In this document: positions 38,123-47,539 of the stretch, piece by piece
Position numbering within the stretch: the stretch's first letter is position 1
How the letters are laid out: each line of letters begins with the position of its first letter
From: Gammaproteobacteria bacterium
Lineage (GTDB): Bacteria; Pseudomonadota; Gammaproteobacteria; PIWD01
Assembly (NCBI GenBank): GCA_003354005.1
Contig: PIWD01000002.1
Location: 594-64,593, forward strand
Reading direction: 5' to 3'
Length of the DNA stretch: 64,000 nucleotides
Program-made: the position numbers and the translations under genes
Notes under the pieces: generated by a model
Database searches by the model: none
Seen by the model: the letters and a program-made list of their open reading frames with translations, nothing else
What the model was told of the DNA's origin: nothing

Positions 38123-38995
38123 CTATGCATCCAATTTCAGTGCTATGTTATCAATTAGGCGCAGCTGATCAACATAGACAGCCGCTAATATCCGCAATGG
38201 CAGGTGAATCACGCCATTAAATGCTGCTAAATTGTCTGCTGCTCGAATTGCAACATAATCTACCTGTAGGCCTGTCTTCTCAAGTTGTTTTTTTGCTTGC
38301 CATTCGAGAACATCAGGGTTCAATTCCTGTGATGCTTGTCTTTCACGGATATCATCTGTTAAATTACGCAAGGTTTTGGGCAAGGCTAAGGCACGCTGCC
38401 GTTGCGCTGTATCGAGGTAACGGTTGCGTGAACTCAAGGCCAAGCCATCACTGTCACGCACAGTGCTTCCAGCAACGATATTCACGGGGAAATTGAGGTC
38501 TTTTACCATGCAGCGAATCAGCTGTAGTTGCTGGTAGTCTTTCTCACCAAATACTGCTACCTGTGCTTGCACTAAATTAAGTAGTTTTGCAACAATCGTC
38601 AATACACCCGTAAAATGACCAGGCCTACTCTCACCTTCCAAGCTTTGGGCTAAGTCATTTCCCCTAACGTGTGTACATGTTTCCATAGGATTTGGATATA
38701 GTATTTCGCTCTCTGGCGCAAACACAGCAGCAACTTGACGTTGTTTGAGTTGCTCAATATCCTGATCAAATGAACATGGGTAACTCTGATAATCCTCATC
38801 TGAGCCAAATTGTAAGGGATTGAGAAAAATGCTGACAATAACGCAATCCGCAGCCTTTTTGGCCAATTCAACCAGATGAAAATGCCCAGCATGCAAGCAA
38901 CCCATAGTTGGAACTAAGGCAATTCGTTTTCCTCTTTGCCCCTCATATTCACGCCAAGTGCGCAAGCTAGTTATGTCTCTCAGTAAGGTTGTCAT
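38123..38995 (-). CDS. panC: Pantoate--beta-alanine ligase
   Basis: HIGH-type motif PTMGCLHAGH, 290 aa. Confidence 0.85.
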   Translation of the reverse strand: MTTLLRDITSLRTWREYEGQRGKRIALVPTMGCLHAGHFHLVELAKKAADCVIVSIFLNPLQFGSDEDYQSYPCSFDQDIEQLKQRQVAAVFAPESEILYPNPMETCTHVRGNDLAQSLEGESRPGHFTGVLTIVAKLLNLVQAQVAVFGEKDYQQLQLIRCMVKDLNFPVNIVAGSTVRDSDGLALSSRNRYLDTAQRQRALALPKTLRNLTDDIRERQASQELNPDVLEWQAKKQLEKTGLQVDYVAIRAADNLAAFNGVIHLPLRILAAVYVDQLRLIDNIALKLDA

Positions 38996-38997
38996 TT

Positions 38998-39798
38998 TTA
39001 TAAAAAACTATGTTCCTCAGAGGGGAATTGCCCTTCTTTAACTGCCTTTGCATAAGCTTGGAAAGCTTGTTGAATGCTACCACCTGACTCTAGTAGAAAA
39101 TTCTTGGTAAAACGCAGTGATAAATGTGGGGTAAGCCCTAACAGGTCATAAGTCACTAAAATTTGTCCATCACAAGCTACTCCTGACCCTATGCCAATCA
39201 CTGGAATCCGTAACTGCTGACAAATCTCTTGTGCCAATGGCGCAGGCACACACTCCAAGATACACAGCTTTGCACCAGCTTGTTCTAACGCCTTGGCATC
39301 TCGTTTCAGTTGTTCAGCACCTTCTACGTCTCGCCCCTGCACACGTACCCCCCCTTGGACACTCGAAAATTGCATGCCAAGTCCAATATGGGAACATACT
39401 GCAATGCCACAAGCTGTAAGTTCCGCGACAATAGGTGCGAAATGTTCCCCACCCTCAATCTTGAGCATATTTGCACCAGCCTTAATAAGCTGCTCAGCAT
39501 TAAGGAATGCGCGCTCACGGGTCGCTGCTGCCATAAAAGGCATATCGGTCATCAACAAAGCATGGCTATTATGACTGGACACGCAACGCGTATGGTAGGC
39601 AAGGCTATCTACACTCACATTTAAGGTATTTTGATTACCTTGAATTGCCATACCCAGTGAATCACCTACCAGTAATACCTCAATACCAGCCTCATTCAAG
39701 TAATAAGAAAAACTAGCATCATAAGCTGTCAAGGCCGTTATTTTCTCACCCTTATCCTTTTTACTTTGTAACATTAACCAATTTATTTGTTTGGCCAT
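38998..39798 (-). CDS. panB: 3-methyl-2-oxobutanoate hydroxymethyltransferase
   Basis: TAYD, LVGDSLGM and KIEGG motifs, 266 aa. Confidence 0.85.
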   Translation of the reverse strand: MAKQINWLMLQSKKDKGEKITALTAYDASFSYYLNEAGIEVLLVGDSLGMAIQGNQNTLNVSVDSLAYHTRCVSSHNSHALLMTDMPFMAAATRERAFLNAEQLIKAGANMLKIEGGEHFAPIVAELTACGIAVCSHIGLGMQFSSVQGGVRVQGRDVEGAEQLKRDAKALEQAGAKLCILECVPAPLAQEICQQLRIPVIGIGSGVACDGQILVTYDLLGLTPHLSLRFTKNFLLESGGSIQQAFQAYAKAVKEGQFPSEEHSFL

Positions 39799-39966
39799 CG
39801 TAATATTCCTCCACTATTAATTAGCACGTACAGCCCCCATGCCCTTAGTCTAGTTTAATTCACGACATATTTCCAGGATATCCTACAAAAATACTACTAC
39901 ACAGGCTAGTATTTTACTTCAAAATACATTAGACTCACTGCACATTTGAAACAGTAGGCTTTGACC

Positions 39967-41271
39967 ATGAAAAAACTGATAGCGTGCCTTGCACTGATCA
40001 TAAGTTTAAGTGTGCAACCCTCACTCAGCTATGCCATCCAGAAAGCTTTGCCCTCAGGAATCCACAGTGTTATTGAGCGCAGTTCGGCTGCCGTCGTTCA
40101 CATTGCGGTACAGCACCCACTTTATGGTTATAATCATGAGCAGATTCCTGGTTATAGCAAATTTGGCTCTGGGGTTATTGTTGACGCAAAAGAAGGTTTT
40201 ATTCTGACGAATGCGCATGTGGTTGATCATGCTAAAAATATTATCGTAACTCTAAAAGATGGTCGCAATAAATTGGCGCAACTGATCGGTCGTGACCTAA
40301 GAACTGATGTTGCCGTCTTAAAAATCCACGCCAAACATTTAACAGCTATACCGATCGGTGATTCCAATAAAGTTAAGATTGGCGACTGGGTCGCTGCTAT
40401 TGGCAGTCCATTCGGCCTGACTCAGACGGTGACCTCTGGCATGGTTAGTGCCCTACACCGTTATATTGGATTAGAGGGTGATGAAGATTTTATTCAAACC
40501 GACGCATCTATTAACCCTGGTAATTCTGGTGGAGCCTTAATCAATTCCAGCGGCAAGCTAATCGGGATAAACACAGCCATTATCGGGCCACCAGGCAGTA
40601 GAGGTGGCAGTGTTGGCATCGGTTTGACAATTCCGAGCAACCTCGCTAAGGCCATTATGTCGCAATTCATTCGTTATGGTGATATTAAACGCTCTCATCT
40701 TGGCACACATATTCAAGATTTGACTACTGAATTAGCTGCAATACTGCATCATACCAGCAAAGACGGAGTCCTCGTTACGCGTGTTGACCCGTATTCTTCC
40801 GCTGCTAAAGCTGGTATCCAGGCAGAGGATATTATCCTGTCTATCGATCATCAGCCCATTATCAATGCCAATCAATTAAGTGCGATCGTGAGCGTGATTC
40901 GCGCGGGTCGTAAGGTGCCTCTAACGCTATTGAGGCAAGGCAAGGTTAAGACCTTAACAGTTGAGATACGAGCAAAAGATATAGCTCACACGCAATCCGT
41001 TTCCTATAATCTGCTAAATGGTGTTGACTTTCATGCAATCAAACAATTCAATGCACAAGAGGGCTATATTACGGGAATTGCCATTTTAGGCTTACAGCCC
41101 AATAGCATTGCTTGGCTGGCTGGTTTACGACCTGGTGACATTATTTTGTCTGCAAATAAACAGGCGACCTCCAATATCGATCTTTTGTTATCTATTGTGC
41201 ACCGTTCACCCTCTGTACTGCTGAAGATATACCGTGGAAGCAACATTTTATTTCTTGTATTAACACAATAA
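39967..41271 (+). CDS. htrA: Periplasmic serine endoprotease DegP/HtrA-like (trypsin domain plus PDZ)
   Basis: A signal peptide, then catalytic H (TNAHVV), D, and S in GNSGGAL, then a C-terminal PDZ region. The ATG at 39967 is preferred over the upstream TTG. Confidence 0.8.
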   Translation: MKKLIACLALIISLSVQPSLSYAIQKALPSGIHSVIERSSAAVVHIAVQHPLYGYNHEQIPGYSKFGSGVIVDAKEGFILTNAHVVDHAKNIIVTLKDGRNKLAQLIGRDLRTDVAVLKIHAKHLTAIPIGDSNKVKIGDWVAAIGSPFGLTQTVTSGMVSALHRYIGLEGDEDFIQTDASINPGNSGGALINSSGKLIGINTAIIGPPGSRGGSVGIGLTIPSNLAKAIMSQFIRYGDIKRSHLGTHIQDLTTELAAILHHTSKDGVLVTRVDPYSSAAKAGIQAEDIILSIDHQPIINANQLSAIVSVIRAGRKVPLTLLRQGKVKTLTVEIRAKDIAHTQSVSYNLLNGVDFHAIKQFNAQEGYITGIAILGLQPNSIAWLAGLRPGDIILSANKQATSNIDLLLSIVHRSPSVLLKIYRGSNILFLVLTQ

Positions 41272-41283
41272 AGTTGATAAAAA

Positions 41284-42669
41284 ATGTTAAAAAAACGCAC
41301 TCCGCGCTCTTATAAACTTAGCATATTTAGCCTAACGATGATCACAGTTGTATCTGTTGATAGTCTGCGTAACTTACCTGCAACAGCATTGTTTGGCAGT
41401 CATTTGATTTTTTTCTTTTCATTGGCAACGCTACTATTTTTGCTGCCCACCGCCCTTATTTCTGCAGAGCTAGCCTCAATTTTCCCAGATGAAAGTGGTA
41501 TTTATATTTGGGTAAAAACAGCTTTCAATTACAAACTTGGTGTAATCGCAATTTGGTTACAATGGATTGAGAATGTAATTTGGTATCCTACTATTCTAGC
41601 TTTTGTTGCTGGCTCACTCGCCTATCTTATTGACCCAGCATTAGCTCAAAGTAAATTATTTCTTACCATCACAATCTTAGTCTGTTTTTGGTTGACAACC
41701 CTCATCAATTACTTTGGCATACAATCTTCTGCCTGGTTTAGTAATTTTTGTAGCATTGCTGGCATGATTCTCCCTATGCTATTTATCATTGGTTTAGGTA
41801 TCATTTGGCTTATCAATGGGCATCCCTCACAAGTAGCATTTACAAAACAAACTATGCTACCACACCATGAACACTGGTCATCCTTAACGGCGGTCATCTT
41901 ATCTTTTTGTGGTATGGAAATTGCAACGGTTCATGCACATAACACCAGGACACCCCAGCGTTCTTTCCCAATCGCGCTGGCTTACGCCACTGCCATCATC
42001 GTATCAACCCTCTTACTAGGTGGCCTTACAATTGCCGTCGTCCTACCAGCTCATCAAATTAACCTAGTAGCTGGCATTATGCAAACCTTCGATCTATTTT
42101 TTAGAGCTTACCATTTGCAATATTTATTACCTATAACAGCTCTAAGCCTGGTGATTGGTGGTATGGGAGGTGTCAGCAACTGGACTATAGCCCCACTTGC
42201 TGGTCTTGCCATTGCATCTAAGGAGGGGAGGTTGCCCCAATGGATACACAAGGAAAATCGCTACGGTGCACCAGCCAAAGCCCTGATTGTGCAGGCGATA
42301 CTAGTATCACTACTATCAACGATCTTCCTAATATTCCCAACTATCAATGAATCCTATTGGTTACTAACTGCACTGGCTGTGCAGCTCTATATGCTGATGT
42401 ACATACTGATGTTTGTGGCAGCCATAAAGTTACGTCGTCAACAACGCAGTAAAACAAGACCAGTTTTCCGTATCCCAGGAGGGCTATCCATGCTATACTT
42501 GGTCGTTGGATTAGGTATGATTGGCAGTATAATTACACTGATTGTCAGTTTTATCCCGCCAATTGAGCTTGCACCACATGAATGGCGTATTTACCTTACT
42601 TCTCTGTCGGTTGGTTTAGTTGGCTTAACCTGTATTCCTTTACTTGCTATTCGTAGAACTAAGACATGA
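41284..42669 (+). CDS. APC-superfamily amino acid permease
   Basis: 461 aa, 12 TM, amino-acid-permease-like. Confidence 0.6.
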   Translation: MLKKRTPRSYKLSIFSLTMITVVSVDSLRNLPATALFGSHLIFFFSLATLLFLLPTALISAELASIFPDESGIYIWVKTAFNYKLGVIAIWLQWIENVIWYPTILAFVAGSLAYLIDPALAQSKLFLTITILVCFWLTTLINYFGIQSSAWFSNFCSIAGMILPMLFIIGLGIIWLINGHPSQVAFTKQTMLPHHEHWSSLTAVILSFCGMEIATVHAHNTRTPQRSFPIALAYATAIIVSTLLLGGLTIAVVLPAHQINLVAGIMQTFDLFFRAYHLQYLLPITALSLVIGGMGGVSNWTIAPLAGLAIASKEGRLPQWIHKENRYGAPAKALIVQAILVSLLSTIFLIFPTINESYWLLTALAVQLYMLMYILMFVAAIKLRRQQRSKTRPVFRIPGGLSMLYLVVGLGMIGSIITLIVSFIPPIELAPHEWRIYLTSLSVGLVGLTCIPLLAIRRTKT

Positions 42670-43208
42670 ATCCATTAATAGACATTATATCGGTTGTTTT
42701 ATTTTTTGCTGCCTACAAATTATACAATATTTTTGTTGCAACATTTGTTGCGATTGTTGTAACGCTTATACAGACAGCTTGGCAATGGTTTAAGCATCAC
42801 CGTTTAAACTGGATGCACATCTCTACGCTTCTGTTGGTCATCATCGCGGGTGGTACAACTCTTATTTTGCACGATGCACTTTATATTAAGCTGAAACTAA
42901 CCTTAGTTTATTGGATTTTTGCAATAGTGTGTTTCATAAGCCAGATACTTAATAAGCCCCTGATAAAAAAAATAATGTGTGGAAAAGTCGATTTACCACA
43001 TACTGTTTGGATGCGACTTAACTTAGCTTGGGCTGCTTTCTTTTCAACATTCGGAACTCTTAATTTATGGATTGCATATCACTGTTCGACACATAGCTGG
43101 GTGATGTTTAAATTATACGGTACGTTAGGGAGCATGTTATTATTCGGGTTGCTACAATCGGTTTACATCTTTCCCTATATTAGGCAAGAGACGAAAAATG
43201 AAACATGA
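42666..43208 (+). CDS. yciB: Inner-membrane septation protein YciB/IspZ family
   Basis: 180 aa, 5 TM, N-terminus MNPLIDIISVVLFFAAYK typical of YciB. Confidence 0.65.
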   Translation: MNPLIDIISVVLFFAAYKLYNIFVATFVAIVVTLIQTAWQWFKHHRLNWMHISTLLLVIIAGGTTLILHDALYIKLKLTLVYWIFAIVCFISQILNKPLIKKIMCGKVDLPHTVWMRLNLAWAAFFSTFGTLNLWIAYHCSTHSWVMFKLYGTLGSMLLFGLLQSVYIFPYIRQETKNET

Positions 43209-43414
43209 CATCCCAACTAATAAATTTACCCTTGATAAGCAAGGGATAAGAAAGACTTATTTGACCAGCTAATTCTTAGTTGTGGCTTGTTTGTTCCCAA
43301 AAATTAATGTATTATTAGACCGCTAGTGGGTTGTGTTAGCGGGAATATCTGTTGGCTGTTCGCTTTATTGAACTAAATCGGTTATTGGTCACGGAAGATT
43401 TTGTTGTGTGAGTT

Positions 43415-44851
43415 TTGTTATCGATGACGGATATTATACCAATTATTCTTTCTGGAGGAACTGGGTCTCGTTTGTGGCCAGTTTCTCGTGCGTTTCATCC
43501 CAAACCATTTATTCGTTTAGCAGATGGGCAGAGCCTGTTACAGAAGGCTTATCAACGAGCTGTCGGCTTGCCTGGTGTTGAGACATTATTCATTGTGACG
43601 AACCGTGAACTTCTTTTTAAAACAAAAGACGAATGTTGTTTGATCAATGAGCCGAAGCAAGAACCGCCTGCAATGCGGTTTATTCTTGAGCCTTTTAGAC
43701 GTAATACGGCTGCTGCTATTGCTTCTGCAAGTTTACATGCCTCCGAGGTGTATGGTGACCAGGCTATGTTACTAATCTTAACAGCAGATCACTTGATCAC
43801 AGACCTTGTCGCATTTTATGCGGCAATTGTGAAAGCGGTTGCGTTGGCTCAATTGGGTAAATTGGTGACTTTTGGTATTGAGCCTAATACACCTGAGACT
43901 GGGTATGGGTATATTGAAGCTGATGGGCATTGTGTGAAACGCTTTATTGAAAAGCCCTCATTGGAAAAAGCACGTGCCTACCTTGAAGCTGGTCATTTTT
44001 TCTGGAATTCTGGTATGTTTTGTTTTACAGCAGCCACAATATTGCGTGAAATGGAAGAGCATTGTCCCGCTATTCTTGATACGACTCGTCATTGTCTCAC
44101 GCACTCAAGTGTAGCTGAGTCTAAGGATTTTTCTTTGCTTGAGCTTGATGCAAAGCATTTTGAAGCAGTGCCTGAACAGGCGATTGATTATGCTGTAATG
44201 GAACATTCTAAAAATGTTTCCGTTGTACCCTGTAAAATAGGCTGGCACGATATAGGGTCGTGGACGGCACTTAGCAAATTGACGCCTCAAGATCATAATC
44301 ATAACCGTATCGATGGTGAGGTGTTATTACATGATACCAAGGGTTGCTTTATCAGAAGTGAGCGGCGTTTAGTGAGCACGATTGGGCTTAAGGATTTGGT
44401 AATTGTTGATACCTCCGATGTGCTATTTGTGGCTGATAAAGAACGGGCTTCAGAGGTTAAACATTTATTTAATAAACTTAAGCAGTCTGGTCATGAATCT
44501 TATAAATTGCATAGTACGGTATACCGTCCTTGGGGGACTTATACGGTTTTGGAGGAAGGCAAGGGGTTTAAGATTAAGCGTATTGAGGTCAAACCTGGTG
44601 CTAGTTTAAGTCTTCAAATGCATCATCATCGTAATGAACATTGGATTGTTGTCCATGGGATGGCTAAAGTAATTAACGGTCAGCAAGAATTACTGATTTC
44701 TGAGAACCAATCAACCTATATTCCTTCTGGTCATCGGCATCGACTTGAAAATCCTGGTGTCTTGAAACTTATTATAATTGAGGTTCAAAGCGGGGAATAT
44801 TTAGGTGAAGATGACATCATACGATTTGAAGATGGTTACGGACGAGCCTAA
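43415..44851 (+). CDS. manC: Bifunctional mannose-1-phosphate guanylyltransferase / mannose-6-phosphate isomerase (type II PMI)
   Basis: N-terminal nucleotidyltransferase motif (LSGGTGSRLWP) and a C-terminal cupin domain with QMHHHRNEHW. Confidence 0.85.
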   Translation: MLSMTDIIPIILSGGTGSRLWPVSRAFHPKPFIRLADGQSLLQKAYQRAVGLPGVETLFIVTNRELLFKTKDECCLINEPKQEPPAMRFILEPFRRNTAAAIASASLHASEVYGDQAMLLILTADHLITDLVAFYAAIVKAVALAQLGKLVTFGIEPNTPETGYGYIEADGHCVKRFIEKPSLEKARAYLEAGHFFWNSGMFCFTAATILREMEEHCPAILDTTRHCLTHSSVAESKDFSLLELDAKHFEAVPEQAIDYAVMEHSKNVSVVPCKIGWHDIGSWTALSKLTPQDHNHNRIDGEVLLHDTKGCFIRSERRLVSTIGLKDLVIVDTSDVLFVADKERASEVKHLFNKLKQSGHESYKLHSTVYRPWGTYTVLEEGKGFKIKRIEVKPGASLSLQMHHHRNEHWIVVHGMAKVINGQQELLISENQSTYIPSGHRHRLENPGVLKLIIIEVQSGEYLGEDDIIRFEDGYGRA

Positions 44852-44885
44852 GCATGTTAGTTGATATTTTAAAAGGGGCACAGTC

Positions 44886-46397
44886 ATGAAGCGAGTTATC
44901 ACATCCATGTTATGTAAGCTTATAAAGTACCTTGAGAGCTGTCTTTGCCATCATCCAAAATTACGTATGAAGGTACTTAAAGTGCTTCGTGCAATACCAC
45001 CTCTTGATCACAGTTTGCGCACCATACTATATAAGCAAAGGTGGCAAGAAGCTTCACGAGAAATAACATTAATCGTGGAACGTCATTATAGTACAGAACA
45101 GGCTAATTCAAGATTGATTAAACACCAGCAAGACTGTGGTCAATCAATGATACAGCATTTAAGTGATCATACATGTACGGCAACACAAATTGGTTATGTT
45201 TATTATTGGGTCAACGATACCTTAAACTTCGATAAGCAGACTGGCATTCAACGTGTTTCTCGCGGGTTGGCTTGTGCACTTATTGAAGCGGGGATTAGGC
45301 TCATTGCTGTAAAATGGGATGAAGATCAAAAAAAATTGGCAAGAGCTAGTTATGCGGATCTTCAATTTTTCTCATGTTGGAATGGTCCAGATCCAAGTCT
45401 TTGGCATGATTGGATAGAACCTGTTGCTGCTGGGGTCACTAATTGGTTTTTTACAGCTGAGCTACCTTTGTCCATCAACCAGGTAGAGCGAAGCGAGTTA
45501 CTGCATACCCTCCGTGGACTGGGGATGCAATGTGCCGCAATTTTTTATGACCTAATTCCCTGTAAAATTAAGTCACTTTTCACAGAGATTTTTGTTCAGA
45601 ATTTCAAAGCCTTTATCACGAGTTTAGCTGACTACGATCTTGTCCTCCCTATCTCTTTGTATAGTCATAAGGATTTGATCGAATATTTACTAGCCAAGCA
45701 ACCCCACATACAGCTTCTACAGCAGAAGATCCAAACGGTGACCTTGCCATCTGCCTTTAGCTCATTTCCACGTGTCACAAGCTATATACCAGCTACACAG
45801 CAAACCCTCTCTATACTCTGTGTCTGTACAGTTGAACCACACAAGAACCATGAGACGTTACTAAAAGCTTTTAAACAAATGTGTAAAAGCAGCAAGTTAG
45901 ACATTCGATTAATCATAGTGGGGAATCCCTCTACTTTTACCATAACTTCTGAACGTATTCGAAGGTTGGTTGCAGAGGATAAGCATGTCGTTTGGGAAAG
46001 TTCAGTGGATGATAAGCAATTGCGCGCACACTACATCGCATGTGATTTTACCGTCTACCCTTCTATTGAGGAAGGATTTGGTTTGCCGATTGTTGAGAGC
46101 TTGTGGCATGCAAAACCCTGTATTTGCGCTGAATTTGGTGTTATGGGGGAACTCGCTCGAGAAGGTGGTTGCCTGACAGTTGATGTACGTGATGTTAAGA
46201 AACTAGCAAATAGCCTGCTTCAAATGGCTAGTGATTCAACATTACGGGCAAAACTTACATCTGAAGCAGTGGGACGCACATTTAAGAGCTGGAATGAATA
46301 TGGCCAAGAAGTGGCAACCAAGCTTATACAAGCTACAAGAACACAAGGTGCGCCTAAAAGTTTGCCGATTAAGCAAACTGAACCTTCAGAAAGCTAA
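44886..46397 (+). CDS. Two-domain glycosyltransferase with a GT4-like C-terminal domain
   Basis: C-terminal EGFGLPIVESL motif (GT-B donor-binding fold). The N-terminal ~250 aa are unassigned. It lies downstream of manC. Confidence 0.55.
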   Translation: MKRVITSMLCKLIKYLESCLCHHPKLRMKVLKVLRAIPPLDHSLRTILYKQRWQEASREITLIVERHYSTEQANSRLIKHQQDCGQSMIQHLSDHTCTATQIGYVYYWVNDTLNFDKQTGIQRVSRGLACALIEAGIRLIAVKWDEDQKKLARASYADLQFFSCWNGPDPSLWHDWIEPVAAGVTNWFFTAELPLSINQVERSELLHTLRGLGMQCAAIFYDLIPCKIKSLFTEIFVQNFKAFITSLADYDLVLPISLYSHKDLIEYLLAKQPHIQLLQQKIQTVTLPSAFSSFPRVTSYIPATQQTLSILCVCTVEPHKNHETLLKAFKQMCKSSKLDIRLIIVGNPSTFTITSERIRRLVAEDKHVVWESSVDDKQLRAHYIACDFTVYPSIEEGFGLPIVESLWHAKPCICAEFGVMGELAREGGCLTVDVRDVKKLANSLLQMASDSTLRAKLTSEAVGRTFKSWNEYGQEVATKLIQATRTQGAPKSLPIKQTEPSES

Positions 46398-46460
46398 AAA
46401 TAAGTAAAAAAATATTTATAACCTATACTTATACTTTTAACACAGAGTATAGGCATTGAT

Positions 46461-47450
46461 ATGCTTAAATCAATAATGGATTTTGTTAAAAGCATAAATT
46501 CCAATGTGCCAGGGCGCATGTCTGCTATGATGGATACTATATCATCTTTATGGAATCGTTTATTAAATTCTATTTTTAACAGAGGTGATACCCCTGATTC
46601 TACTGAAATGCAAACAATAGACATCACGCCAGCGGTTACGAGGGTATTTAATACTAAGGTGAATAGGGCAAAGGAAAAGTTGAAAATAGGTGGCCACATT
46701 AAATATATCAGTGATTATATTGGTGACACAATCTATTATCATATTCCAGCAGATAAAGCTGAGAAAGAGAAGTTTATAAAACTTATGCGTCTAGAGTGTT
46801 TATTAATTCGTAAGTATAATCGATTGGATAAGCAATTGAAGTCCATTAAGGCTAAAGGGTTTAGACCAGTTAGTCTGCTTGAGAGAAATCTACTTTTTAA
46901 GTACAAAGAACTTTCATTAAAAAATAAATCCTTGACGCAGCAATTGGTCAGGGGATATGCGTACAAGATACTACCTGATGTAGTAGAAAAAAATGAAAGA
47001 AAGTGTAAGTTATATAGAAGTGTCATAAGTGAAATTATGAAAGATATCAATGTTGTTTCTGTTGATGAGAATGTAGTTTGTGGTATTCGTTTGGAAGATA
47101 TAAGAGAAATCCAGGAAGAATTGATAAACGCAGATGCTTCTGAGGTTACTTCTGATTTAATTGAGTATAGTACTCGCAATAGTCATCCCATAATACAAAT
47201 TAATCGGCGTAATATACTACAGAAGGGTGATATAGAGAATCTGGAAAAAGAAATAGATACGAAAAAAGCAGCAATAGAAGAAAGAGAAGAATACAATAAT
47301 TTGGTTTCGACTTCTTCACAGAAAAATATAGGAACTTTTAATCAGGATATTAAAAATCTTGAAAAAATTAATGAGAATATGCGTAGGCAGCTTGATAATA
47401 TGCAGAGCAATAAGCAGCAACCAAGTAAAAATGCTAGACCAAGACGTTAA
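46461..47450 (+). CDS. Hypothetical coiled-coil protein (effector-like)
   Basis: 329 aa. K/E-rich heptad segments run through the C-terminal half and a basic tail follows. No domain recognised. Confidence 0.4.
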   Translation: MLKSIMDFVKSINSNVPGRMSAMMDTISSLWNRLLNSIFNRGDTPDSTEMQTIDITPAVTRVFNTKVNRAKEKLKIGGHIKYISDYIGDTIYYHIPADKAEKEKFIKLMRLECLLIRKYNRLDKQLKSIKAKGFRPVSLLERNLLFKYKELSLKNKSLTQQLVRGYAYKILPDVVEKNERKCKLYRSVISEIMKDINVVSVDENVVCGIRLEDIREIQEELINADASEVTSDLIEYSTRNSHPIIQINRRNILQKGDIENLEKEIDTKKAAIEEREEYNNLVSTSSQKNIGTFNQDIKNLEKINENMRRQLDNMQSNKQQPSKNARPRR

Positions 47451-47539
47451 CTACAGAAGTTTCTAGTGAAAAATCACCTGCTTACTCCAATATGTGAGAG
47501 ATTTTCAGAACTAAATTATTAAAAATAATACTATCAAGG

